A DNA stretch of 63,845 nucleotides, the filler included. It is 6 parts of 6 records of this genome, joined end to end, with 100 filler letters (N's around TTAATTAATTAA, not from the genome) between each part and the next. Parts side by side here need not be neighbours in the genome. Positions count along the whole stretch, not along the records: positions 45,661 to 58,418 come from DRR723986_8753; positions 58,519 to 63,845 come from DRR723986_8971; 4 more parts are not named here. One strand, written 5' to 3'. Of this stretch, positions 49,720 through 59,175 are shown in pieces. The translations under genes were made by a program, and so were the position numbers. The first letter of the stretch is position 1. Each line of letters begins with the position of its first letter. The notes below the pieces were generated by a model. The model was given only the letters and a program-made list of their open reading frames with translations. It did no database searches and was not told the DNA's origin.

Positions 49720-50485
49720 CCCCCTGGTCCGGCTAGAACAGGTTACGGTGGCATTTGACGACCGGCCGGTGGTTGATCGGGTCAACCTGACCGTGAGCCG
49801 GGGCGATATCGTCACCATCATCGGCCCGAACGGTGCCGGCAAAACCACGCTGATCAAAACCGTTCTGGGGATTCAGCGGGCGACCAGCGGTCAATTATCG
49901 GTGGCGCCCGGCCTGGTGATCGGTTACGTACCCCAACACCTGACTCTGGAGCCCACTCTGCCACTGAGTGTCCGGCGCTTCATGCTGCTCAGCGGACGTG
50001 CACTGTCAGACTGCAAGGCAGCGCTGGAAAGGACCGGGGTCGCGCATCTACTGGATGCGTCCGTCCACCACCTGTCCGGCGGCGAAAAACAACGACTGCT
50101 GCTCGCCCGGGCACTGGCCCGGAAACCCGATCTGCTGGTGCTGGACGAACCCGCCCAGGGGGTCGATATCAATGGCCAGGCCACACTCTACGATCTGATT
50201 CGCCAGCTTCGGGATGAGCTGCACTGCGGTATCATCATGATCTCCCATGATCTGCATCTGGTGATGGCGGCCACAGACCGGGTTATCTGCCTTAATCAGC
50301 ACGTATGTTGCAGCGGATATCCGGAGGATATTTCCCAGGACCCGGCTTTTGTGGAAACCTTCGGTCATCAGGTTGCCGAGTCTCTGGCGGTCTACCACCA
50401 CCATCACAACCATCGCCATAACCTCCATGGCGATGTGGTCTCTACCGCGGACGCCCACGAAGGTTGCAGCCATGACCATCATTGA
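49712..50485 (+). CDS. znuC: Zinc ABC transporter ATPase
   Basis: GPNGAGKTT, LSGGEKQR, HVCCSG, His-rich tail. Confidence 0.95.
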   Translation: MTDPLVRLEQVTVAFDDRPVVDRVNLTVSRGDIVTIIGPNGAGKTTLIKTVLGIQRATSGQLSVAPGLVIGYVPQHLTLEPTLPLSVRRFMLLSGRALSDCKAALERTGVAHLLDASVHHLSGGEKQRLLLARALARKPDLLVLDEPAQGVDINGQATLYDLIRQLRDELHCGIIMISHDLHLVMAATDRVICLNQHVCCSGYPEDISQDPAFVETFGHQVAESLAVYHHHHNHRHNLHGDVVSTADAHEGCSHDHH

Positions 50486-51284
50486 TGCGGTGCTGGGCGA
50501 CTTCTTCTGGCGGGCGCTGCTCGGCGGCCTGGGCGTGGCTTTGGTGGCCGGTCCCCTTGGCTGCTTCGTAGTCTGGCGTCGCATGGCCTATTTTGGAGAT
50601 ACACTGGCCCATTCGGCCCTGCTGGGCATCGCGCTTAGTTTTCTGATCAGCGTGCCTTTGAATCTGGGTGTGGTGATTACCTGTGCGCTCATTGCGCTGG
50701 CCCTGGTGCTGCTGTCCCGGACCCGCACCCTGGCTACCGATACCCTGCTCGGCATCCTGGCGCACAGCGCGCTGGCCATTGGCCTGGTAACCCTGAGCTT
50801 CATGCCGGATGTCAGGGTGGACCTGACCGGCCTGCTGTTTGGCGATCTGCTGGCCATGACCCGACAGGATCTGGTCTGGATCTACGGTGGCGCCGCCTTT
50901 GTCCTGTCTTTGCTGGCGCTGCTCTGGCGCGGCCTGCTGATGAGCACCATTCATGAGGAACTGGCACGGGTAGAAGGGATTCCGGTGGAACGCCTGCGGC
51001 TGGCGTTGATGCTGATGTTTTCGCTGGTGATTGCGGTGGCCATGAAGATTGTCGGCGTCCTGCTGATTACCGCCCTGCTGATTATTCCGGCCGCAACCGC
51101 ACGCCGACTGGCCCACAATCCCGAACACATGACCGCCCTGGCAGTGGTCTTCGGGGTGGTGGCGGTGTCCGGCGGACTGACCCTGTCCTGGTACCTGGAC
51201 ACGCCGGCCGGACCATCGGTGGTGGTCACTGCATTTCTGGTGTTCCTGATGGTGTATGCAGGTGCCCGCCAGAGCCGGCACTGA
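50472..51284 (+). CDS. znuB: Zinc ABC transporter permease
   Basis: GPLGCFVVWRRMAYFGDTLAH, LLIIPAATAR, TPAGPSVV. Confidence 0.95.
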   Translation: MTIIDAVLGDFFWRALLGGLGVALVAGPLGCFVVWRRMAYFGDTLAHSALLGIALSFLISVPLNLGVVITCALIALALVLLSRTRTLATDTLLGILAHSALAIGLVTLSFMPDVRVDLTGLLFGDLLAMTRQDLVWIYGGAAFVLSLLALLWRGLLMSTIHEELARVEGIPVERLRLALMLMFSLVIAVAMKIVGVLLITALLIIPAATARRLAHNPEHMTALAVVFGVVAVSGGLTLSWYLDTPAGPSVVVTAFLVFLMVYAGARQSRH

Positions 51285-51395
51285 CCGTCCGCGCCACCAG
51301 TCAGCACAGGGCGGCGCCTGAATTGCCGGGCCGGTATTGCTGGTCTAAAGTTAGGCGGTATCCGAGCAGCAAAGGCCTCGCGGGAGCACACCAGC

Positions 51396-52382
51396 ATGGA
51401 CAGCGACCTTCGTAACACACCCGGCACCCGATTCCGGCTCTGGCCGGGTCTCTGGATGCCTGGGGTTATCCTGGGTATCGGCATACTGGTGTCAGTGGCA
51501 CTGGCCAACACCCTGGCGCGAACTATCGCTGACCTTGGTCTTGAGGCCTACCATGCCAGGCATCAGGCTCTGGTTGCGACGATCGCAGCCCGACTACAAC
51601 ACACGCCGGGGCAGCAATTGCCTGCATCGCTAACCTCAGCTTTGGCGACAGATCTGCCCGAGGGCCTGCAGCTTCGAATCGATACTCTCGCCAGACACAC
51701 CAAACAGGCTGTGCTGGAGCTCGGCAACGTAGACGAGCCCCGGGATTCCGAGGCCCTGCGTACCGAGCTGACACTGCCCGGCAGGCACTGGATGGTCACC
51801 ACCACGCCCAGCGCAGGTTGGATAGACCGGGCCTCGAACCAGGCGCGCTGGCAGATTCTTACTGCAGGTGCCGGTATCTCGGTACTCGCAGCCTTACTGA
51901 TGCTGGTCGCCTGCCGTCGACTGGCCATCCGCAATGCCAGAATCCGGCAGCAACAGGCACAACTCGATCGCGATCAACAACAGATTACCAATCTGCAGGT
52001 GGAGAAGTCTGTGCTCCGGCATGCGCTGAACGACAGCGAAGCAAGAAGCCGGGATCTGGTCCGGCTGGGCGGAGCGGTAATCGCCGAACTGGATCACCAG
52101 GGGCGCATCGGATTTGTGTCCGCCCAGATTGCCGACATGCTCGATCGCGCGCCCTCCGACCTGACCGATCAGCCGTTTGAACAACTGGTATCCGAACAAG
52201 ACCGCAGCCGGTTCCGGGAGAGCCTGGACAGCGCCCGCAGCGAGGAAGACCTGACCCGAACCGACCTGGCACTGATCGGGGCCGAGGACGCCCGGCCAGT
52301 GCGGGTATGTCTGCGCCTGAAAACCATCAAGGATCCCGTCCACGGCATTACCGGCTTTCGGCTCAGTGCTACCCCGGACTAG
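51396..52382 (+). CDS. Membrane protein with coiled coil and C-terminal PAS domain
   Basis: TM - periplasmic segment - TM - Gln-rich coil - SEARSRDLV...LDHQGRIGFVS (PAS). Confidence 0.75.
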   Translation: MDSDLRNTPGTRFRLWPGLWMPGVILGIGILVSVALANTLARTIADLGLEAYHARHQALVATIAARLQHTPGQQLPASLTSALATDLPEGLQLRIDTLARHTKQAVLELGNVDEPRDSEALRTELTLPGRHWMVTTTPSAGWIDRASNQARWQILTAGAGISVLAALLMLVACRRLAIRNARIRQQQAQLDRDQQQITNLQVEKSVLRHALNDSEARSRDLVRLGGAVIAELDHQGRIGFVSAQIADMLDRAPSDLTDQPFEQLVSEQDRSRFRESLDSARSEEDLTRTDLALIGAEDARPVRVCLRLKTIKDPVHGITGFRLSATPD

Positions 52383-52418
52383 GGCCCGCATAGACGGCCA
52401 GCGCGATCTACCAGCGAC

Positions 52419-53501
52419 TCACAAGGGCTGAATCCGGTCCAGCAGCCGCCCACTCTCAACCAGCTCAAGAAACTCATCACCCAACCTGTCACTCTCCAAG
52501 ATCGCTCGACGCCAGGCTCGTTCGCGACCGGCATCATCGCCGGCGTAATTCTCGAAGTCCTTTCGATCCGGCAGTTTGCGATCCGGCAGGGTTGCCAGGT
52601 AATCCGGTGACGGCGATACCAGCACGACATCCTGCAGTCGACTGGCATCGCCCCGACGCCAGGGCAAGGTTTTATCGAACCAGCCGGGAACCACACGATC
52701 CGTGAAATGCGGATAGAGGATAATGCCAGGCTGCTGGTAAGGCAGGTCGAGGTGATAATCGAGCAGTCCGCCATCCCGGTATACACCCTCTGGCGCGCCC
52801 GGAATATTGCGGACTCCGGACATCACCAGAGGAATGGAAGCGGACGCCAGCAGGGCCGGCAACAGGTTATCCCGGCTCAGGGGCACTTCATGACTGGGGA
52901 AATCCACCAGGCTTGAGACCGGCGCGCGGCTCCGGGCATCGTGCACAATGCCACGTTCCATAAAACGACCCAGGTGCCGGCGGCTGACCATGTTGGCGCT
53001 GATGGCCCGCATCAACCCGAGGCTCAGCCTGCCACGGGTATCGTATTGCAACAGGCCAAGACTGCGCACTACTACAATGCTCAACCGGTACCAGGGATGG
53101 CTGAGCAGAAAGTCTTCCCGCCCCCCCAGCAGCTCCTCCAGAAACAGTATGCTTTTGCGGGAGATTTCCGCAGCGCTGACGCCTTTGGCAAATCGCTGAC
53201 TGGTGTACAGCTCGGCCAGGCGGGCCAACTGGGCCTTGGGATCATCAGAAGAGGCAATGGCGGCAAACCGCCAGCTGCCGATGGAAGATCCGATCAGAGC
53301 CCTTTCCTGGGGAGCCTGCGGCAACCAGTCACCAAAAATGGCCTTGTCCAGGCCACTGATTCCCAGCGCCTTCGGGCCACCGGCTGCCCCCGGAATCACG
53401 TGAACATCTTCGGGCCCCAGCGGTTTTTGCTGCAGGCGCTGCAAAGCCCGGCGTCCTGCTCGGATGGTCAGTGCGGGCTTCCGGCTGTGAATAGCAGTCA
53501 T
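52419..53501 (-). CDS. Patatin-like phospholipase family protein
   Basis: GAAGGPK, GSSIG (GxSxG), ASASIP, DGG. Confidence 0.85.
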   Translation of the reverse strand: MTAIHSRKPALTIRAGRRALQRLQQKPLGPEDVHVIPGAAGGPKALGISGLDKAIFGDWLPQAPQERALIGSSIGSWRFAAIASSDDPKAQLARLAELYTSQRFAKGVSAAEISRKSILFLEELLGGREDFLLSHPWYRLSIVVVRSLGLLQYDTRGRLSLGLMRAISANMVSRRHLGRFMERGIVHDARSRAPVSSLVDFPSHEVPLSRDNLLPALLASASIPLVMSGVRNIPGAPEGVYRDGGLLDYHLDLPYQQPGIILYPHFTDRVVPGWFDKTLPWRRGDASRLQDVVLVSPSPDYLATLPDRKLPDRKDFENYAGDDAGRERAWRRAILESDRLGDEFLELVESGRLLDRIQPL

Positions 53502-53728
53502 TCCTTTCTCCCCTGAAATGTCCGGCGAGTGTATCCGACCGACCGGAGGTGGCCAACTGAACAGAATTCATGACGGCCATGTATATTCTGAATAACAAAT
53601 GTCTCCAGAATAGTTTTTGCGAATACCGTCAATCCGTGGTTTTTGCTTTCGCTCGCGGGACTCCGTGCTAGACTTGAGCCATCGATTACAAACGGAAACA
53701 TGCCGGTTATGAACAGCGGGAGTAGGCT

Positions 53729-54814
53729 GTGAATCTATTTGCCTCGCCAAATACCCTGGCAACCAACCCGACCCTGGCTGTTCTCGGGTTCAAGCGGCAG
53801 TTGGTCTATCACCTGCACATCTGGGCTTTCATTGCCGTCGCGCCATTGGTCATGGTTCAGTGGCAAAATGGCAACATTTTACTGTCATCCCTGCTTATCC
53901 TGTTCTGCCTGAACGCTGCCCTGGTGATCGCGTTCCTGCGTTTTCGCAGTACCTATTTCTTCAAGGGCCGGCTGTTCCCCATACTGGCCGTGGTATGCGC
54001 AGCCTATTCCACCCTCATCAATGGCCACGCCGGCCTCTACTGGGCCTATCCCGCCGCCATTGCCCTGTTTTTCCTGCTGCCTCTGCGTGAAGCCATTTTC
54101 TGCAATATCGTGTTTGTGTCGGTCATGGCGGTGGTGTCTTTCTTCAAGTTTCCGGAGGCGGACTTCTGGCGTATCACTTTTTCCCTCGGTCTCAGCTGCC
54201 TGTTTGCCATGATTTTTGCCTGGCTGGTGGGGCGCCTGCAGGCCGAGCTCACCCGCCTGGCGACAACCGATCCACTGACCGGCTGCCTGAACCGCTCCCA
54301 GCTGGCCGACATTCTGAACAGCCAGATTCAGATGCGGGAACGCTATGAGCGGGTCTCCAGTCTGGTGCTGATCGACCTGGATTACTTCAAGACCATCAAT
54401 GACCGCTGGGGCCACCTGGCCGGTGACAAAGTACTCAAGGAAATGGCGCTGCGGGTACGCAAGCGCCTGCGGGAGAGTGATCAGCTGTTCCGTATCGGCG
54501 GCGAAGAATTCATGGTCGTGCTTCCGGAAACCCGGCAGAAGGACGCCGACACCCTGGCGCACCAGTTGCTGACCAGCATCAGCGCCCGGCCATTCCTGGA
54601 CGACATCCGGGTAACCGCCAGTGCCAGTGTGGCGGAAGTTACCCAGGGCGAGACCTGGTCGGTTTGGCTCAACCGGGCAGACCAGGCCCTGTATGAAGCA
54701 AAATCCCGTGGCCGTAATCAGGTGGTGAACGCTCCCAGGCTCGCCAGCCAGGAGGACATCCTGGATCGGGCGCCAATGGCAGACCCGGCCACCGGCGGCA
54801 CCACACCGGCCTGA
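53729..54814 (+). CDS. Membrane-bound diguanylate cyclase
   Basis: TM region, DPLTGCLNR, FKTINDRWGH, RIGGEEF. Confidence 0.93.
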   Translation: MNLFASPNTLATNPTLAVLGFKRQLVYHLHIWAFIAVAPLVMVQWQNGNILLSSLLILFCLNAALVIAFLRFRSTYFFKGRLFPILAVVCAAYSTLINGHAGLYWAYPAAIALFFLLPLREAIFCNIVFVSVMAVVSFFKFPEADFWRITFSLGLSCLFAMIFAWLVGRLQAELTRLATTDPLTGCLNRSQLADILNSQIQMRERYERVSSLVLIDLDYFKTINDRWGHLAGDKVLKEMALRVRKRLRESDQLFRIGGEEFMVVLPETRQKDADTLAHQLLTSISARPFLDDIRVTASASVAEVTQGETWSVWLNRADQALYEAKSRGRNQVVNAPRLASQEDILDRAPMADPATGGTTPA

Positions 54815-54819
54815 GCTGG

Positions 54820-55734
54820 CTAGCGCGCCTTGCGAAACTCCCTGTAGGCGCTGTAGACATCCCAGGGTTGCTCAAAGTGGGGGTAATGCCCAACATTGCG
54901 CAACATCACCACATCGGCCTGAGGGATCAGCTCCCGATAGCGCCGGGCCATGGCGGCGCCGGACACCGGGTCGGCACCACCGGAAATCAGTCGCATGGGC
55001 TGCTTCGCCTTTTGCAACGCTCCGACCCAGCGGTTGCGGTGACAACGACGCTCCTCCATGAACTGAATCAGGCGATGCAGCACGCCCCGGCCGTTGTTGT
55101 AGTTCAGCAGATGCCAGAAGTCGTCCATGTCCTGCCGGCCCGGCGGATTACGCGGCCCGAACAGACGGCGGAAGTTGCGTTCGAACAGCGATCGGCTGAG
55201 GCCCCGGCCAATGAGGCCACCCAGGGGGCTGCGCAGAATCTTCTGGATAAACAGGGGATGGTGAACTTCCGGAAACAGGCCACCGTTTAGCAGGCAGACA
55301 CTGCTGATGGCAAACGACAGCTCGCCCTCCTGCTCCCGGGCCAGCAATTCCTGTGCGACCGTGGTGCCGTAGTCATGTCCGAACAGGTGCACCCGCTCAA
55401 GGCCCAGCCCCTCAATCCAGCCCTGAATCAGATCCGCCTGGTCTTCGATACTGTAGGAATAGTGCAGCGGTTTGTCGGAAAAGCCGAAACCGAGCATGTC
55501 CAGGGTCAGCAAGTTATGCTCGCGCACCAGCATGGGCCAGATTCGGCTCCAGTCCCAGCTCGCGGTCGGGAAACCGTGCAGCAGAACCAGCGGCTCCCCC
55601 TGCCCGCCCATGCGGCTGAAGATGGCGTGGCCCTCGTAACTGAACCATTTGCCAGCCTGCTGCCAGGCTTCCAGCGTAAATGTGTCCTGGCGACCAGACG
55701 CCGCCACTTCTGAACCCGGTATCACCTGTTCCAT
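54820..55734 (-). CDS. Alpha/beta hydrolase (MEST/epoxide-hydrolase-like)
   Basis: LLHGFPT, GHDYG nucleophile elbow, GHYPH. Confidence 0.9.
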   Translation of the reverse strand: MEQVIPGSEVAASGRQDTFTLEAWQQAGKWFSYEGHAIFSRMGGQGEPLVLLHGFPTASWDWSRIWPMLVREHNLLTLDMLGFGFSDKPLHYSYSIEDQADLIQGWIEGLGLERVHLFGHDYGTTVAQELLAREQEGELSFAISSVCLLNGGLFPEVHHPLFIQKILRSPLGGLIGRGLSRSLFERNFRRLFGPRNPPGRQDMDDFWHLLNYNNGRGVLHRLIQFMEERRCHRNRWVGALQKAKQPMRLISGGADPVSGAAMARRYRELIPQADVVMLRNVGHYPHFEQPWDVYSAYREFRKAR

Positions 55735-55915
55735 GTGCAATCCATGACCGTACCCGAAACCCTCACACTTTAGTGCAAAGCTGCTGCCGGAGCCATATCG
55801 CCTTTGGCGTCCTGTGCGGTGGTCCTTTTCAGGGCCACAGACGTAAACCATGGAGATACCCGGCGAATTGCCTTAAGCTTTGGCCTTTTTCAGACACCCC
55901 AAACCGGAATCGATT

Positions 55916-56485
55916 ATGTCTCTACCCCTTGATGATCTGGCCGATCACTACCGCACCATTATCCAGGGCCTGGGCGAAGACCCGGATCGAGAAGGCCTCC
56001 AGAATACGCCCATGCGTGCAGCCAAGGCCATGCAGTTCCTCACCCGCGGCTACCAGCAGGACCTTGAAGAGCTGGTCAATAACGCCGTGTTTGAATCCGC
56101 CATGGACGAAATGGTGGTGATTCAGGACATCGAGCTGTACAGCATGTGCGAACACCACATGCTGCCCTTCATCGGCAAGTGCCACATCGCCTATTTGCCC
56201 CAGGGCAAGGTGCTGGGCTTGTCCAAGTTTGCCCGCATTGTCGACATGTATGCCCGCCGGTTACAGATTCAGGAAAACCTGACCCGGCAGATTGCCGAGG
56301 CCATCGAGAGCGTTACCCAGGCCAAGGGCGTTGCGGTGGTCATTGAAGCCCAGCACATGTGCATGATGATGCGCGGCGTCGAAAAGCAGAACTCGCGCAT
56401 GAAAACCTCCATGATGCTCGGGCAGTTCCGCAAATCCCAGGCAACCCGGACCGAGTTCCTGAACCTGATCTCAAGCAACCGCTGA
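55916..56485 (+). CDS. folE: GTP cyclohydrolase I
   Basis: [29 protein letters not shown]. Confidence 0.96.
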   Translation: MSLPLDDLADHYRTIIQGLGEDPDREGLQNTPMRAAKAMQFLTRGYQQDLEELVNNAVFESAMDEMVVIQDIELYSMCEHHMLPFIGKCHIAYLPQGKVLGLSKFARIVDMYARRLQIQENLTRQIAEAIESVTQAKGVAVVIEAQHMCMMMRGVEKQNSRMKTSMMLGQFRKSQATRTEFLNLISSNR

Positions 56486-56511
56486 TATCCGACTGACCCC
56501 AGGGAGTTGTT

Positions 56512-56886
56512 ATGGCAAACGCCCAGAAGCCACTGGCCCGTGTCCAGATCAAGAACCTTCTTCTGCGCGCCTATATCGGCATCAAGGAAGAAGAGATCAA
56601 CAACCAGCAGGATGTGGTGATTAACGTTTGCCTGACCTACGATGCCTCGGAGGCCATCGAGCGCAATGAAATCTCTGCTGCGCTCAACTACCGCACCATT
56701 ACCAAGCAGATTATCGCCCATGTGGACGGCCAGCGGTTCGCCTTACTGGAGCGCCTGACCCACGAAGTATTGACCATCGTCATGGAACATGGCGCCGTGC
56801 GTTGGGCCGAGGTAGAAATCGACAAGCCCCATGCGCTACGTTATGCGGAATCGGTTTCCGTGACGTTGGAAGCCAGTCGCGACTAG
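56512..56886 (+). CDS. folX: Dihydroneopterin triphosphate 2'-epimerase
   Basis: [32 protein letters not shown]. Confidence 0.9.
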   Translation: MANAQKPLARVQIKNLLLRAYIGIKEEEINNQQDVVINVCLTYDASEAIERNEISAALNYRTITKQIIAHVDGQRFALLERLTHEVLTIVMEHGAVRWAEVEIDKPHALRYAESVSVTLEASRD

Positions 56887-56899
56887 GAGAATCTGCATC

Positions 56900-57334
56900 A
56901 TGCCCAGCAACAGCCCCGAACAGATCCGGGAGATCCTGGAATCGGTTAATACCATCGCCCTGGTGGGTGCCAGCGAGAAGACCAACCGGCCTTCCCATGA
57001 AGTGATGGAATACCTGCAGCACCAGGGCTATCGGGTGATTCCGGTGAACCCGCGCCTGGCCGGTCAGCAGGTTCTGGGCGAAACCGTCTACGCAGATCTC
57101 GCCACACTTCCAGAGCCAGTGGATATGGTGGAACTTTTCCTGGCTCCTGAGCGTACCGATGCGGTAATCGACCAGGCCATTGAGCAGAAGGTTCCGGTGC
57201 TCTGGCTGCAGATCGGCGTGATCAATGAAACCGGCGCCCAGCGTGCCGAAGCCGCCGGCCTGACGGTAGTGATGGATCGCTGTCCCAAGCAGGAGATTCC
57301 ACGGCACGGCCTGCGCACCCCGGCCAATCGCTGA
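56900..57334 (+). CDS. CoA-binding protein (YccU-like)
   Basis: IALVGAS..RPS, VIPVNP, WLQIG, VVMDRC. Confidence 0.92.
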   Translation: MPSNSPEQIREILESVNTIALVGASEKTNRPSHEVMEYLQHQGYRVIPVNPRLAGQQVLGETVYADLATLPEPVDMVELFLAPERTDAVIDQAIEQKVPVLWLQIGVINETGAQRAEAAGLTVVMDRCPKQEIPRHGLRTPANR

Positions 57335-57503
57335 ACACCCTTTCCCGCCCCTGCCGATTGCCTGCATTGCGGTAGCTGGCCTGAGAACCGGCTACCGGAG
57401 CTGAGCTGGATCAAGAGCCAGATCACAGTTTCAGATCGTAACTGTTACCAATTGCGACAGTCTGACATACTCTTTGAACAATAATTCGAAGACTGGCAGG
57501 GCC

Positions 57504-58418
57504 ATGTGGTTCCGAAGTAAACCAGGCAAATCCAGAGCAGCCGCTAAAGGCCGCGATGTTCAGAGCACCCCCAAGGCGTCTGCAGACGTTGTACTGGAAC
57601 GGGTGCGCCTGCCTGTGGACCTGCTTCAGTCCGGCATGAAAGTGGTCAAGCTTGACCGCCCCTGGACCGAAGTGCCGGTCCTGTTCCAGGGCTTCACCCT
57701 GCAGACCGAGGCCGAAGCCCGGGTACTGCGCCAGTATTGCGCCTGGGTCGTGGTCGAGGATGAGGCCGAAAGGCTGGCCCCGGTTCTGGATCAGATTCCC
57801 CACCTGAAGCAACGTACCACCGAACCCCTGCAAGAAACCCGCACGCTCGAACAGGAACTGCCCCGGGCTGCTGACACCTGGAGCCGAACCCAGCAATTCG
57901 TGGAGAAGGTGATCCGGGACATCGAGCAGCACAACGATCTGGAGCTGGCGTCTGCCCGACCACTGATCCGGTCCTGCGTGGACAGTGTCAAAGCCAACGC
58001 CAGTGCCATGTTCTGGATGGCACGGATCAAGCACCGGGACGCCTACACCGCCGAACACTGTTTACGCGTCGCCATTTTTACCGTGGCCTTTGCCCGTTTC
58101 CTGGGCCTGCCCGAGGATGACCTGGAAGTGGCCGGCATGTGCGGGCTCTTACACGATATCGGCAAGTTACGGGTACCGGACGAGATCCTCAACAAACCCG
58201 GGCCGTTATCCCCCCGGGAATATGAGGTGATGCGGGAACATACCACCCTGGGCCATGAACTCCTGAAACAGGATCCAAGCCTGGACCCGATCATCAGCGA
58301 TGTGACCCTGCATCACCATGAACGTATCGACGGCCGGGGTTATCCACAACAATTGCCCGAGTGGCAGATCAGCCGGTTTGCCCGCCTGATTTCCATTGTT
58401 GACGCCTACGATGCCATG
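57504..58418 (+). CDS. HD-GYP phosphodiesterase with DUF3391-like N-terminus (3'-truncated)
   Basis: YTAEHC, LLHDIGK, HHERIDGRGYP, IVDAYDAM. Confidence 0.92.
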
Positions 58419-58518
58419 NNNNNNNNNNNNNNNNNNNNNNNNNNNNNNNNNNNNNNNNNNNNTTAATTAATTAANNNNNNNNNNNNNNNNNNNNNNNNNN
58501 NNNNNNNNNNNNNNNNNN
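58419..58518. other. Artificial contig spacer
   Basis: N-run, TTAATTAATTAA, N-run. Confidence 0.98.
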
Positions 58519-58712
58519 GAAGGTCATGTTTTCCGACATGCAATAGACGCAGCGGAAATCGCAACGGTCGGTGACCGAGACGCGCAAATAGTCAATTGCG
58601 CGGGCGAACGGGTCGATCAGGGGGGCGGGTGTGTCCATGCAAGGAAGGTAGTTTGCGCAGGCAGGCGCGGCAAGCGTTGATGCGTGCGAAATTTGAGCCT
58701 AGGATTCACTTC

Positions 58713-59174
58713 ATGACACATATGATCCGCGCCCTTCTGGCCCTTGCCCTCGTCGCCTCGCTTGCCGGGTGCGGTGGTGGTTTCCGTCCTTTGTCATTCC
58801 TGAACCGCGATAGGGCCGCAAGCGCGGTGCCGCCGCCCGAGGTCGCCAGTGACTCTGTTGAGGAGGACGCGGTAGACGATGCAGCCGACGCAGCGGAAGA
58901 CACGCCGGAGCCGGAGCCGGCTTCGGGCAATCTGGGCACGACCGTTGCGTCGCTTGGTGATCCGACGCAACCGGGATTGTGGCTGGAAACTCCGTTGGTT
59001 ACCTCTGAAATGCCGGGTCGGCTGGAGGCCGAGAACGGGTCATCCGCAGAGGTTACCCTGCGCCCGAGCGGCGGCGCGCCGGGGTCGGGCAGCCGTATCT
59101 CGATCATGGCGATGCAGGCGCTTGGGCTGGGGCTGACGGATCTGCCGACGCTAACGGTCTTTGCTGGCGGCTGA
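58713..59174 (+). CDS. Hypothetical lipoprotein
   Basis: Lipobox LAGC, acidic linker, LGTTVASLGDP..PGLWLETPLV domain. Confidence 0.8.
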   Translation: MTHMIRALLALALVASLAGCGGGFRPLSFLNRDRAASAVPPPEVASDSVEEDAVDDAADAAEDTPEPEPASGNLGTTVASLGDPTQPGLWLETPLVTSEMPGRLEAENGSSAEVTLRPSGGAPGSGSRISIMAMQALGLGLTDLPTLTVFAGG

Positions 59175-59175
59175 G

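Noticed and set aside
58519..58539. Possible gene start (MSENMTF) on the minus strand at the contig edge
   Set aside because: Only seven codons are visible; it cannot be identified.
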